Assembly (NCBI GenBank): GCA_963785305.1 | Contig: CAWAUV010000007.1 | Span: 1,920,001-1,984,000 of the forward strand | Direction: 5' to 3' | From: an uncultured Planctomycetaceae bacterium | GTDB lineage: Bacteria; Planctomycetota; Planctomycetia; Pirellulales; PALSA-1355 | DNA length: 64,000 nucleotides | Shown here: piece by piece, positions 25,072-35,833 of the stretch | Layout: the number at the start of each line of letters is the position of its first letter | Position numbering within the stretch: the first letter of the stretch is position 1 | Translations under genes and position numbers: made by a program | The notes under the pieces: model-generated | Seen by the model: the letters and a program-made list of their open reading frames with translations, nothing else | The model's database searches: none | Told to the model about the DNA's origin: nothing

Positions 25072-25939
25072 TTGCCCGTGACCGCGCGCATTCTCGACGG
25101 CAAAAAACTGGCCCAGCAGATTCAAGAAGAGCTGCGCGGCGAAGTCGCCGAGTTTATCGAAAACAATGGCGAGACTCCCACCCTGGCCGCGGTGCTGGTG
25201 GGCGACGATCCGGCCAGCGAAGTCTATGTGCGCAACAAGCGGGCCGCCTGCGACCGCACCGGCATGGAAAGCCGCCTCTATCGCTTGCCGGGCATGGTGA
25301 GCGAAAACGAACTGCTGGCCCTGATCACGAAGCTGAACAAAGCCAAGGAAGAGCCGGTGCATGGCATTCTGGTGCAGTTGCCGCTGCCGAAGCATTTGCA
25401 CGCCACGCGCATTCTCCACGCGATCAGTCCGCTGAAAGATGTCGATGGCTTTCATCCGGAAAACGTCGGTCGGCTGGTCGAGGGCGCTCCGCGGTTCGTG
25501 CCTTGCACCCCGCTGGGCATCCAGCAATTGCTGGAGCGCAATGCTATTCCCACCGCCGGGCGCGAAGTGGTGGTGGTCGGCCGCAGCGATACCGTGGGCA
25601 AGCCGATGGCGCTGCTCATGATGCAGCGCCGGCGCCGACGCCACCGTGACCGTGGCCCACAGTCGCACTCCCGATCTCGGCGCGATCACCCGCCGGGCCG
25701 AGATTCTGATCGTGGCCGCCGGCAAGCCGGGCCTCGTGACCGCCGACATGGTGCGTCCGGGCGCCGTGGTGGTCGATGTGGGCATCCATCGCACGGCGAG
25801 CGGGCTCGTGGGCGATGTCGACTTCGCGAGCGTGAGCCAAGTGGCCAGTCAAATCACCCCGGTGCCCGGCGGAGTGGGCCCCCTGACCGTGACGATGCTC
25901 CTGGCGAACACCCTGGCGGCGGCCCGGCTGGCGGATTGA
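25072..25939 (+). CDS. folD: Bifunctional methylenetetrahydrofolate dehydrogenase/cyclohydrolase (apparent frameshift near 25630)
   Basis: [47 protein letters not shown]. Confidence 0.95.
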
Positions 25940-26004
25940 AGCCTATCCAACGTGCGCGAGGCCGCCACGTGGTTTTCGTCGGCGCACCTTGCCTTCGTCG
26001 GTTT

Positions 26005-26343
26005 CTAAAGCATCGACAGGCTGGGGTCGTCGAATTCCAAATTGAGGAATCGTTCGCGCAGGGCGGTCGACGTCTGCACGAGTTCTGAGGGCGCGAATGT
26101 GAATAGAGTCACGATGTCCCTTTGCGTTTCCGGCGGTAGTTTGTCTATCTCCCGTTCGACAAGGTCGTCGCGCTGCTCGCGCTTCATTCCCTCGAAGCGA
26201 GGATCGATAACTCGCAGCCGGATCGAAGCTGAGTTGTAGCGATAGGCGTCGACTTGCTCGAACTGCTGTTCCAAACGTTCTTCGACCATACGTGTTTCAT
26301 CGGTGCGTCTCGATTCCCAAGGCGAATTCGTCGATGTGGTCAT
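26005..26343 (-). CDS. Small acidic protein with BolA-like motif (putative antitoxin)
   Basis: IRLRVIDPRFEGMKREQRDDLV resembles the BolA pattern (..V.S..F.G.....R...V). Its ATG overlaps the upstream TGA. Confidence 0.65.
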   Translation of the reverse strand: MTTSTNSPWESRRTDETRMVEERLEQQFEQVDAYRYNSASIRLRVIDPRFEGMKREQRDDLVEREIDKLPPETQRDIVTLFTFAPSELVQTSTALRERFLNLEFDDPSLSML

Positions 26344-26819
26344 GATATTCGTGACTCCGCCCAGTTGCATATCTGCCGCGACGTGCTGAGCAAACCTCTG
26401 GTTTCCCCGGTGTCCTTTCGGCCCGTCTCGTATCGCAAATCCGTTGTCCAGTCGAACCGCCGCATTCGCCCAGCCAACTCGCGAGTGAGAACCACCCCTC
26501 GATCTCGTAATAGACCGAGCAGATGCTCGGGGCGATGGTTCGCCGATCCTCGCGTAATTTCAGCTAACGTCGTGCTCCGATCATGCTCGGGGGTAGCGGA
26601 TAATACGATCGCTTTCAAAGCACATTCGACGGAATACCCGCCGATGTATTGCGCTTCCAACGTGAGGGCCAAATATGTGAAAATCACTTCGGCGGCTGCA
26701 AGCCGTTGACGAGCCACGCTCATGAGGTCGCGCGGTGTTTGTGGCGGTATCGCCTGCTCCCCTTGTCGGTCTGCGGAGTGCGTTTGATTATTGTTGTGCA
26801 CCAATTTCGGGCATGACAA
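26340..26819 (-). CDS. HEPN domain protein
   Basis: A.YIGGYSVECALKA, H...L and W...LRY HEPN-like pattern. Start uncertain (26723-26819). Confidence 0.78.
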   Translation of the reverse strand: MSCPKLVHNNNQTHSADRQGEQAIPPQTPRDLMSVARQRLAAAEVIFTYLALTLEAQYIGGYSVECALKAIVLSATPEHDRSTTLAEITRGSANHRPEHLLGLLRDRGVVLTRELAGRMRRFDWTTDLRYETGRKDTGETRGLLSTSRQICNWAESRIS

Positions 26820-26930
26820 GGTAGCCCGTGGTTAATTCGGAGGGTCGCCCCAGATCCAGTGCGGCAATTGGTGGCGTAACGATAGACCTCAGGACGGTTT
26901 GCGTAAAAGGGCGCCAAGGCGACTTCCGCG

Positions 26931-26959
26931 TTGACTCGCTCCGGGGAGCGACCTAGAAT
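26931..26959 (+). promoter_or_regulatory. sigma70-type promoter TTGACT-17-TAGAAT
   Basis: Near-consensus hexamers with 17-bp spacing, 28 nt upstream of ATG 26988. Confidence 0.6.
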
Positions 26960-26987
26960 TCCAGGAGGCAGCCCCTCTTAATACCTT

Positions 26988-28253
26988 ATGCCGCAAGCTC
27001 TTTCGTTTACAGCTCCGCCGATCGCCTTGAGCGCCGCGCGGATGTTGGCGCCGCCGGTTCGCCGCCTTCCGCGAGCGAACGATCGAGTGCTGCGCATCGC
27101 GCGGCGGGCGCTGCCCTGGCTGCTCTCGACCACGCTGCATTTGGCCGTATTTCTCGCGATTGCGCTCGATGTGCGCTTCATGGGCGGGTGGCTCGGAATG
27201 CATCGAGCGGCCGAAGGGATCGGCAAGCGAGAATTCATCGACACCTCATTTGGCATGAATGCCGACAGCGACGCCACGCTCGGCATGACCCTGCCCGCGA
27301 GCACCGGCCAATTCTATGCCGACGACCCGCCGGAAGCCGCCAGCGGCGCCGCCAAGCCCGACGCGAACACATCCGCCGCCGAGACCTCGCTCGCCGCCGA
27401 TTCGCAAACGCCGCGCGACGCCACCGCCCCCGCCGACACAACCGCTAAAAACGTCGCCAGCCAAGACACCGCGACCAGCGCGCAAAAATCCGTCGATCCG
27501 CTGACGGCCCTGGGCGTCGGCGCCTCGGCGGGGCCCGCGCCGTTGGCGGCGCTCGCCGGCGGGCCGCCGGTCGATCTGGCGAGCCTGTTGCCTTCGGCCG
27601 GAGCGCCGCTGGGAGGTTCGGGTCTCGAGCATGGAGGCGTGGGCTCGGCTCGCGGGGCGGGAACTTCGAATCGTCCGGCTCGCGGCGCGCGGGGCGGCTA
27701 TGCGCGCACCGGCGTGTTCGGCGTCGAGGGCGAGGGCACGCGCTTCGTCTATGTGTTCGATCGCTCGGGCAGCATGGATGGCCACGGCGGCGCCCCCATG
27801 GCCGCGGCCAAGAGCGAATTGATCGCGAGCCTGCGCGATCTGGGCCCCACGCATCAATTTCAAATCATCTTCTACAACGAGCATCCGCGGATATTTAACC
27901 TCAGCGGAGCGCCGGGCCGGCTCGTGTTCGCGAATCCCCAGAATGTGAATCTGGCCACGCGATTCATCGAAGCCACCCCGGCCGACGGCGGCACCGAACA
28001 CGAGGAGGCGCTGTCGCTGGCGCTGCGAATGGGACCCGATGTGATCTTCTTTCTTACCGACGCCGACGAACCACGGCTCTCGAACGATCAGTTGGATCGC
28101 CTCGCGCGAATCAATCGCGGTTCGATGATCAACACGATCGAATTTGGTTATGGGCCGCCGATCGATTCAAACAATTTTCTGGTGCGACTCGCCCAGCGCA
28201 ACGGCGGCAAGCATGTCTATGTCGACATTTCCACGCTGCCGGCCGCGCGTTAA
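26988..28253 (+). CDS. Membrane-anchored VWA domain protein
   Basis: N-terminal TM (STTLHLAVFL), low-complexity linker, VYVFDRSGSM, GGT, FFLTDA. Confidence 0.88.
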   Translation: MPQALSFTAPPIALSAARMLAPPVRRLPRANDRVLRIARRALPWLLSTTLHLAVFLAIALDVRFMGGWLGMHRAAEGIGKREFIDTSFGMNADSDATLGMTLPASTGQFYADDPPEAASGAAKPDANTSAAETSLAADSQTPRDATAPADTTAKNVASQDTATSAQKSVDPLTALGVGASAGPAPLAALAGGPPVDLASLLPSAGAPLGGSGLEHGGVGSARGAGTSNRPARGARGGYARTGVFGVEGEGTRFVYVFDRSGSMDGHGGAPMAAAKSELIASLRDLGPTHQFQIIFYNEHPRIFNLSGAPGRLVFANPQNVNLATRFIEATPADGGTEHEEALSLALRMGPDVIFFLTDADEPRLSNDQLDRLARINRGSMINTIEFGYGPPIDSNNFLVRLAQRNGGKHVYVDISTLPAAR

Positions 28254-28293
28254 GTCGCCGTGGCCGCGGCTCGCGTCTCGCCGGTCATGGCAC

Positions 28294-29329
28294 ATGAGCT
28301 TTTGGCGCAATATTTCGCTCGGCGTTTCGTTGGCGCTGGTGGTGGGCGCCGGCCTGGTTCGCGGGCGCGGGCCGAAGATGTGATCGTGCTCAAGCCGGTC
28401 GAGGGCGCCGCGAGCAGTGCCCGACTCCTGGGCGAGATTGTCGACGACGATGGACATGAACTGCGGCTGCGGCTGGCGAGCGGTCGCGAGCGGCGCGTGC
28501 CTTGGGACCAAGCGCAGTCCGTCGCGGCCGCGCTTTCCGAGGCCCATCGGGCGGGCGACGATCGCTTCGCCGCTCGAGATTATTCGGCCGCGCTCGGCCA
28601 TTATCGCGACGCGCTCGGCGCCGCGGGCGAACGTCGCGCGTGGCTGCGGCGGCGGATCGTCGCTCAAATGATCTGGTGCGAGCGCTCGCTGGGACGCGCC
28701 GAGGTCGCGGCCCAAACCTTCGTGCAAGTGCTGGTTCCCAGCGGGCCGAGCGTGGACGAGCTCGCTTGCATTCCGCTTTGCTGGCGCCGACGCAGCCCAC
28801 GCCCTCCTTCGAGCGCACGGCCGCCGACTGGATTCGCGGCGATAAATCGCCATGGAGCGCGCTGGTCGGCGCCAGCTTTCTGCTCGGAGCCCGTGAACAG
28901 CCGGCCGCCCTGGAGAAGCTCAAGCGGCTCACGGCGAGCGACGCTCCGGGCGTGGTATGGCTGGCCCAGGCCCAATTGTGCGCGCCACGCTGGCGGCCGA
29001 AAGCGACGCGCGACTCATCGAGCATTTGCAGTCGATCGATCATTGCCCGGCGCCACTGCGGCTCCGGGCCGTATTTCTTGGTCGGCATGGCGTTGCTCAA
29101 GAAGCGGCCCGAGGAAGCGTCGCTCGCGCTCATGCATTTGCCGATTCTCTACCCGCGAGAGAGACAATTAGCGGCGGCGGCTCTGTTGAGCGTGGGCGAA
29201 CTATTCGAGCAGCGGCGGCAAACCGCGGCGGCGGCTCGCATCTATCGCGAACTGGTCGATCAATACTCCGGTTCGCCCGAGGCCGGAGTGGCGCTCATGA
29301 AACTTGGCCCGAGCGGGAGCCGACCATGA
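28294..29329 (+). CDS. Secreted TPR-like protein (apparent frameshifts)
   Basis: Signal peptide MSFWRNISLGVSLALVV, then helical repeats across frames 28260 and 28502 (AARIYRELVDQYSGSPEA). Confidence 0.7.
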
Positions 29330-32011
29330 ACGGCGCCAAACAAGCTCGTTTCGCCCCGGCCGCAATTCGCGCCCCGGCCGGAATTCGCGCCCTTCCCGCA
29401 ATTTGGTTGTGGAGCGCCCTGGCGCTCGCGCCGCTCGTTGCGTGGCCGGCCCACGTCTTGGCGGCCGGCGAACTGATTCTCTTGCCTCCGGGCGGCGCCG
29501 CGGAATACGACGAACGCTTCGTCGATGGCCTGCGGAGCCGGGGGCTATTTGACTTGGCCGAGAAATATTGTCGCGATCGGCTTGCGCGAACCGATCTGCC
29601 CGAGGCCGAGCGCGGCGCGATCACGATCGAGCTGGCGAGAACCCTTACCGCTCGCGCGGTTGAATCACCGCCTGCCGCTCGCGCGCCCCTGGGCCGCGAG
29701 GCGGAGCGCGTGATCAACGCGCAACTGCAAATTCGGTCGCGCGATCCGCGGGCCCTGCCGCTCGCGCTTCAGCGGGCGATGGTCTCGTTGGCGCTCGGCG
29801 AGCTCGGACGTCAGGAAGCGGAAGTCGGCGGCCTATCGACCGCGGCGCTCGAGCCGGCGCGCGCGGCGCTGCGCGACGCCGTGGGACAGCTCAAGTTGCT
29901 CGACGAGCGGATCGCCCTCGAGCTTCAGCGGCGCAGTCGCGCGCCGCGCGCAGCCGGGCGAATGGACCACGGCGGAACTGCTGTCGCTCGCCGCCCATGG
30001 CCGTTTTCAGCTGGCGCGAGCTTATCGCAATCAGGCGCTTACATATTTGCCCGATAGTTCCGATCGGATCAATTCGCTCACCGCGGCCAGTGAGCTACTC
30101 AAGCCGCTCGCCGAGCTTCCACCCACGACGCCGTTGGCCTGGGACAGCCGGCTCGATGAAATCGTGTGCCTCGGGCTGCTGCGCGAAACCTTGGCGGCCG
30201 AGCGGCGTTTGGCGGCGGCGATGGAAGCCGATCCGCCCGCCCCGGCGCGGCGGCGGCTCGAAGCCGAAACCATTCGCGAGCGGCTCGCGGCCGGCGATAT
30301 CGATCGGGCGCTCGAGCTCGTCGCGACCCTGAAACCGCCGGCCACGAGCGACGGGCCGGAATTGAGCCTCGCGCGGCTCGAAGCCTATGCGGCCGCTTGT
30401 GGGCCACGCGCGCGAACCAATGCGGCGCTCAAGGAGAAGTATCGGCAGGCCTCGGCCGAGCAAACGCGGTTCATGACCCAATCGTTTGGCGCCTATTGGA
30501 TGCGCCGGGCCGAGACGCTCATCGCCGCCACGATCGCCGCCGATCCGGACTCGCAAAACTACGACACGCTCACGCAAGCCGCCGCCAGCTACTTCCGCGG
30601 CGGACGGCTGGGCGAATCGCTCTCGGCTTACGATCGGGCCGCGCGGCTCGCGCCGAGAGTGGATCGACCGACCACGCGTTTGATTCCGCCTTCTTGGCCG
30701 CCTCGATCGAGCAGCAGCAGAGCCACTGGCGCGAGGCGACGGATCGGTTCCGTGACCTGGCGCGGGCATTTCCAGCCATGCCCGCGCCGACACGGCGCAT
30801 CTGCTGGCCGCTTACGACGCCGCGCAGCTCGCCGAACACAGCGATGCCGCCGGGCGCCGCGCCGCGAGCGAGGAATACGATCAGCTACTTGAGGAACATT
30901 TGCGGCTCTGGCCGACGAGTCCCACGCTGGGGCAGGCCGCTTGGTGGCTGGGCCAATCGCGCGAGAGTGGCCGGCGCTTCGAGGCGGCGATTGAAGCCTA
31001 TCGGCGGATTCCGCCCGGCCATGCCCAGTTTCTCGCGGGAATCGACGCCACGGCCCGCGCGCTGCGCAGCGCGCTCGCGGCCAAGCCCGCGGAGCCACGG
31101 AGCGACCGCCGGGCCTTGGCCGCCGATGGAGCGCGGTATTTCGCTAGTTGGACGACCGCCGAGCGTCCCACGGTGGTAGCCGCCGGGAACTTGCCCGCCG
31201 GAGATTCGGTCGATGCGGGCCCTGCCGAGGCGTGGGCTGTCGTGCGGCGCCAAGCGGCGCTGTGGGCCGCCGAGTTTTATCTCCAGGCCGGCGGCGACGG
31301 GCCCGCCAAAGCGGTCGAGCTTCTCAATGCCGCGGTCGGTGAAACCGAGCGCGAGAATCTTCCGGCGAGCAACGCGCCGGCTACTTGGCGCTTGGCGGCC
31401 GATCGGCTGCGAGTGGTGGCGCTGGCCAGCGCGGGCCGCGAGTCCGACGCCGCGCGGCTGCTGGCGACGCTCGGCGCCGCCACACCCCAAAGTTTGCTGG
31501 CGTTCTCGGAATCGTTGGCCCAGTACTCGGAATCCTCGACGGCCGAAGTCCGCGCGAGCCTGGCGCGGCTCGAATTGCAAACGCTCGACGCAATCGAGCC
31601 GCGGCGCAAAGAGCTCTCGACCGAGGAACTGCGGCGAGTCGATCTGGGGCGAGCTCGGGCGCTCGCGGATTCGGGCCACTACGACCAAGCCCTCGCGCTG
31701 CTCGAAACGCTCGCGCACGATCGCCCGACCGATGGCGCCCTGCAAGAATCGTTGGCGGAGCTGTTGAGCGCGGGCGGTCGCGAGGAGCGCAAGCAAGCGC
31801 TTCACAAGTGGCGCGAAGTGCAGCAAAAAAGCCGGCCAGGATCGCCGCGCTGGTTTCGCGCGGCTACGGTCTCGCGCACACGCAATTCGCGCTCGGCAAT
31901 AAGATCGCCGCGGCGGCGGCGGTTCGGATCGTGGCCAAGACGTATCCCGACCTGGGCGGCGAGGCGATGAGAGCCCGCTTCGAAAGCCTGCTGGCCGAAA
32001 GCGAGCGTTAG
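29326..32011 (+). CDS. Large secreted TPR-like protein (several apparent frameshifts)
   Basis: ATGA overlap, signal peptide, GLRSRGLFDLAEKY and helical repeats through ORFs 28957, 30047 and 30900, ending YPDLGG...ESER*. Confidence 0.7.
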
Positions 32012-32028
32012 CCAACAGCGCGAGCGCA

Positions 32029-33087
32029 TCAGCCGGAGGTCGTGGATTCGGCGTGTTTGTCGGCCAGAACCCGGGTAATCATTTCAAAGCGGCCGAAGAT
32101 CATGCGACCCGCGCTGGTTTGCAGCACGCTGGTCACCACGATGCGCACATGCTGATTGAGCCGTTCGCGTCCGCCTTCGACGACGACCATCGTTCCATCT
32201 TCCAGATAGCCCACGCCTTGGCCGGCCTCTTCGCCCGCCTTCACGATGCGCAGTTCCAGATGTTCGCCCGGCAGGCAGGCAGGTTTGAGCGCGTTGGCCA
32301 GATCGTTGAGATTCACCACCGGCACGCCGTGCAGCTTGGCGACTTTGTTGAGATTGTAGTCGTTGGTCACCACCTTGCCGCCGAGATGTTTGGCGAGCAA
32401 CACGAGTTTCAGGTCGACCGGCTGGCCGGCGAATTCGGGCAGTTCGGCATCGTGGATCTTGAGATCGACCTCGGGATTCGAACGCATGCGATTGAGCACA
32501 TCGAGTCCCCGGCGTCCGCGCCCGCGGCGGAGGCGATCGGAACTATCGGCGATGGCTTGCAGCTCCGAGATCACGAAGCGCGGCATGACCAATTGGTTTT
32601 CGATGATCTGGGTTTCCATCACATCGGCAATGCGGCCATCGATCACCACGCTCGTGTCGAGCACATAGGGCTTATTGCCTTTGACCTCGCGGGCAAATTC
32701 GACATAGGGAATGATGAATCGAAAGTCGTCTTTGGTTTGCAAGAGTAGACTGATGCAGGTGTAGGAAAGCACCATCGCCAGCAGTGTCTCGGCCCACTGC
32801 GAATAGGTCGACGACGCCGGCAATACCGGGCTCAGCGCCAGCCGGAGCACATAGGTAAGAAAGAGCCCGATGATCAGGCCGAAATAGACGGCCGACACCG
32901 TGTCGATTTTCTTTCGGGGCACCAGCACATCGGCCGCGATCACGAGGCCCGAGAGGCCCAGGAGCCCGCAAATGACGGCCCAGGGCGCCCAGGCGGGGTC
33001 CTTGGGCGTCGTCGGCGACTGAATGAGCTGCACGCTCAGGCCGGCCGCGACCATCAAGAAGACACAGCGCAGAATGACTAAAGCCAT
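32029..33087 (-). CDS. PIN/TRAM domain membrane protein (YacL-like)
   Basis: Four TM helices, VLDTSVVIDGRI, RGRRGLD, TNDYNLNKVA, QGVGYLEDGTMVVVE, SVLQTSAGRMIF. Confidence 0.95.
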   Translation of the reverse strand: MALVILRCVFLMVAAGLSVQLIQSPTTPKDPAWAPWAVICGLLGLSGLVIAADVLVPRKKIDTVSAVYFGLIIGLFLTYVLRLALSPVLPASSTYSQWAETLLAMVLSYTCISLLLQTKDDFRFIIPYVEFAREVKGNKPYVLDTSVVIDGRIADVMETQIIENQLVMPRFVISELQAIADSSDRLRRGRGRRGLDVLNRMRSNPEVDLKIHDAELPEFAGQPVDLKLVLLAKHLGGKVVTNDYNLNKVAKLHGVPVVNLNDLANALKPACLPGEHLELRIVKAGEEAGQGVGYLEDGTMVVVEGGRERLNQHVRIVVTSVLQTSAGRMIFGRFEMITRVLADKHAESTTSG

Positions 33088-33315
33088 GGTGGGCAGGAAC
33101 CCGCGCGAAGGCGGGCCGATTCGAGGTCGCGGATAACGAAATCTAAAGCCTTCGCGGGGCAAACGGTAAAAAAAACCGCTCCGCCGGCGCCGCTTCGGCC
33201 CCCCGCTCACGAAATCCTATTGTAAACCCACGGCGAGGCCGGCGACAGACGCCGCCGGAAGAATCGCCGCCGGAAGAATCGCCCACCGCGGCGCTGGCAT
33301 GTCCCAGGCCGCACG

Positions 33316-34482
33316 CTACGACCGCTGCTCGTCGAACGACCGGCCGGCCAGTCGCTCGTAGACCTGTTGAAAATAGCGATCGGTCATGCCGGCCAGATAA
33401 TCGCCCACGCTTCGCAGTAGCCCGTTACTTTGCGTCCCTTGGCTTTCGGCCCGCGCTCGATACCGCGGCGGCAGCAACGCGAGATCGGCCGCCACGATCG
33501 CAAATAGCTCGGCGATGCGCTGCTGGGCGAGTTGGCAAGGCCGCGAAACCTCGGAATGGCGATAGACCCTCGCGAACAAAAAGCTTTCCAGTTCCCGCTT
33601 TTGCTCCGCGAGCTCGAGGCTGGGGGCGATCAGAATCGGCGCTCGCCGGGCGGCTTCGGCGCTCGCGACTCCGTGTTCCAAAAGCCGTCGGCCCGATTGG
33701 GCCACGAGATCGCTCACCTGCCAATCGAGCAGTTCGTGCAACACGGCCCGCCGCAATTCGCTGTTCGAGAGCGCCGCGTGCGACTGCCGCACGCGCCGAG
33801 CCGCCTCGCGCCACAGCGCGAGGCCCAACAGATCGCCGAGCTCCACCAGGCCCAGCTCGAGCGCGTCGTCGGCGTCGTGCGTGTCGTAGGTCATGCTGTC
33901 GGCGGCGTCGACCACTTGGGCCTCGAGCAGCGGGCCGAGCGCGCCAGGCTGTTTGTCGATCCGATACCGCTGCCCTTCGAGCAGTTCGAGGCTGAGATTC
34001 AGGCCGGGAAAATCGGGATAACGCGATTCGAGTTCCTCGACGATCCGCAGCGCTTGGGCATTGTGGCTGAAGCCGCCGACCGCGGCCAGCAATGTGTCGA
34101 GCGCGGCCTCGCCCGCATGGCCAAACGGCGGATGGCCGATATCGTGGGCCAGCGCCATCGCCTCGGTCAGGTCTTCGTTCAAGGCCAGCGCCCGGCTCAG
34201 TGTGCGGCTGACCGAGGCCACTTCCAGGGTGTGGGTGAGCCGGGTGCGATGATAGTCGCCGGCGACGCCCACGAACACCTGCGTCTTGGAGCTGAGCCGG
34301 CGATAGGCCGAGCTATGCACGATGCGGTCGCGATCGCGCTGGAAAGGGCCGCGATAGGGATGCGGCGGCTCGGCATGGCGGCGGCCCGCCGAATCACGGC
34401 CATGCATGGCATAGGGCGCCAAGATCGCGCGTTCGCGAGCCTCGGCGGAAAGCGGCCAGGAGACGATGTCGGGGAGCGCCAT
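33316..34482 (-). CDS. dgt: Deoxyguanosinetriphosphate triphosphohydrolase (dGTPase-like, HD family)
   Basis: FQRDRDRIVHS, KTQV, RTRLTHTLEV, AHDIGHPPFGHAGE, DYLAGMTD. Confidence 0.95.
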   Translation of the reverse strand: MALPDIVSWPLSAEARERAILAPYAMHGRDSAGRRHAEPPHPYRGPFQRDRDRIVHSSAYRRLSSKTQVFVGVAGDYHRTRLTHTLEVASVSRTLSRALALNEDLTEAMALAHDIGHPPFGHAGEAALDTLLAAVGGFSHNAQALRIVEELESRYPDFPGLNLSLELLEGQRYRIDKQPGALGPLLEAQVVDAADSMTYDTHDADDALELGLVELGDLLGLALWREAARRVRQSHAALSNSELRRAVLHELLDWQVSDLVAQSGRRLLEHGVASAEAARRAPILIAPSLELAEQKRELESFLFARVYRHSEVSRPCQLAQQRIAELFAIVAADLALLPPRYRARAESQGTQSNGLLRSVGDYLAGMTDRYFQQVYERLAGRSFDEQRS

Positions 34483-34557
34483 GCGAGTCGTTTCCCACGG
34501 CCCCAATTGGTGAAGGCGGCGCCACTTCGCAAATGCGGCGCACGTCGGGCTTGCGCT

Positions 34558-35099
34558 TTAAATACTCGCGTCGCGCACAGCGCCTCGCGCAGCAAGTCCC
34601 ACAGCGCCTCGAGCGCTTGCGGAATGACTTGCACTCCGGCCACCGTGGCCATGAAATTCGCGTCGGCCATCCATCGCGGCACGATGTGCCAATGCAAATG
34701 CCCCGGCACGCCGGCGCCGGCCACGCGCCCCAGGTTCAGGCCCACGTTGAACCCTTGGGCCGTGAGCTCGCGTTCCAAGAGCCCGAGAAATCGCGTCATT
34801 TGCTCGTGGATTTCAAGGATTTCCTCGCGCGTGAGATCGGCCAGGCCGGCTTTGTGCAGCCGGGGACTCACGAGCAAATGTCCGTTGTTATAGGGATAGC
34901 GATTGAGCACGACGAGGCTCTGGCGCCCTTGATGAACAACCAGATTCTCGCGATCGGGCGGCTCGGCGGCGGCGCGGCAGAGAAAACAGTCGGGATCGCC
35001 GCCCTCGGCGAGCGGAATCGCGCGCGGCGCGGCGTTGGCCGTTTGGGCTTGCTTGATGTATCCCAGGCGCCAGGGCGCCCATAGACGTTCATGCGACAC
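34558..35099 (-). CDS. HIT domain protein (Ap4A hydrolase/phosphorylase-like); 3' end approximate
   Basis: LWAPWR, CFLC, NRYPYNNGHLL, AGAGVPGHLHWHIVPRW. The stop appears lost by an indel near 34570. Confidence 0.9.
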
Positions 35100-35368
35100 G
35101 GATCGGGGTTTCCGCTTGCGAGGGTGTTTGTTGGCGATGGCAGTCGATCTTTTTTGGCAATGCGAGCGAGCTCGTCGCGCCCGCCCGACCAGCCGCGAGT
35201 CTAGGGCCTGGGCGCGACCAAAGGCAAGCCGAAACGCGCTGTTTTCGCGGCGCCTGACATGGTCGCCCGACAGACGGGAAACAGTTAGGCCGGCCGCCAC
35301 CGGGATCGCCGGCTTGCGGCGCCGCGGGTCCGGCGGGCACGACGAAGGCAAGAGGAATGAAGCGGCGG

Positions 35369-35522
35369 TCACGGACGGGGGTGATTGCACGAACAGCGTC
35401 ATTCGTTTTGCCTCGACCGGAACTGGATAGGAGTCTCGTTTGGGTTGGAGGCGTCAGCGAGAGCTTCGGTGATCTGCCCAGCTCGATAAGTCTTGGGCTG
35501 TTCGCATTTACCAACCGCGTGA
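35369..35522 (-). ncRNA. Putative 6S RNA-like long hairpin
   Basis: On the minus strand the ends pair in nested fashion: UCACG/CGUGA, CGG/CCG, GGU/ACC, GCGAACAGC/GCUGUUCGU. An internal bubble follows, then GAGCUGG/CCAGUUC. G-U pairs favour the minus strand. The region is intergenic. Confidence 0.55.
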
Positions 35523-35833
35523 GTCAACAGATTTGATATTTGCTTATCCCAGGCGATCGCCGCATCCACGGCGCCGGTGATTTTACCCGATTGGGCGCGG
35601 AGGAAAAAATGCCTTCTTGATTTGTTCGCCCGTCGCACTGCCAGCCAGTAGAAAAATGCCTTCGTGGCATTTGCCCGCCTCGCCCAGCGCCGAGCAAAGC
35701 TCGCCGCGGCTCGCAAAATAACGGCTTTCGTAGGACCGATCCGGGCAACTTCCGCAGTTCCTCGCGCTGCCCACTGACTTACGAGGAACCCGTCGCCCTG
35801 TCCTCTCCCAGGGGGTAGGCGGAGGCTGGTTCC

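Noticed and set aside
33251..33284. 15-bp duplication GCCGCCGGAAGAATC between dgt and the PIN/TRAM gene
   Set aside because: Only two copies; probably neutral slippage.
34197..35402. 401-aa ORF extending HIT at both ends
   Set aside because: The HIT domain spans about 35099-34560. The 3' extension overlaps dgt out of frame (likely indel) and the 5' extension has no protein-like features.
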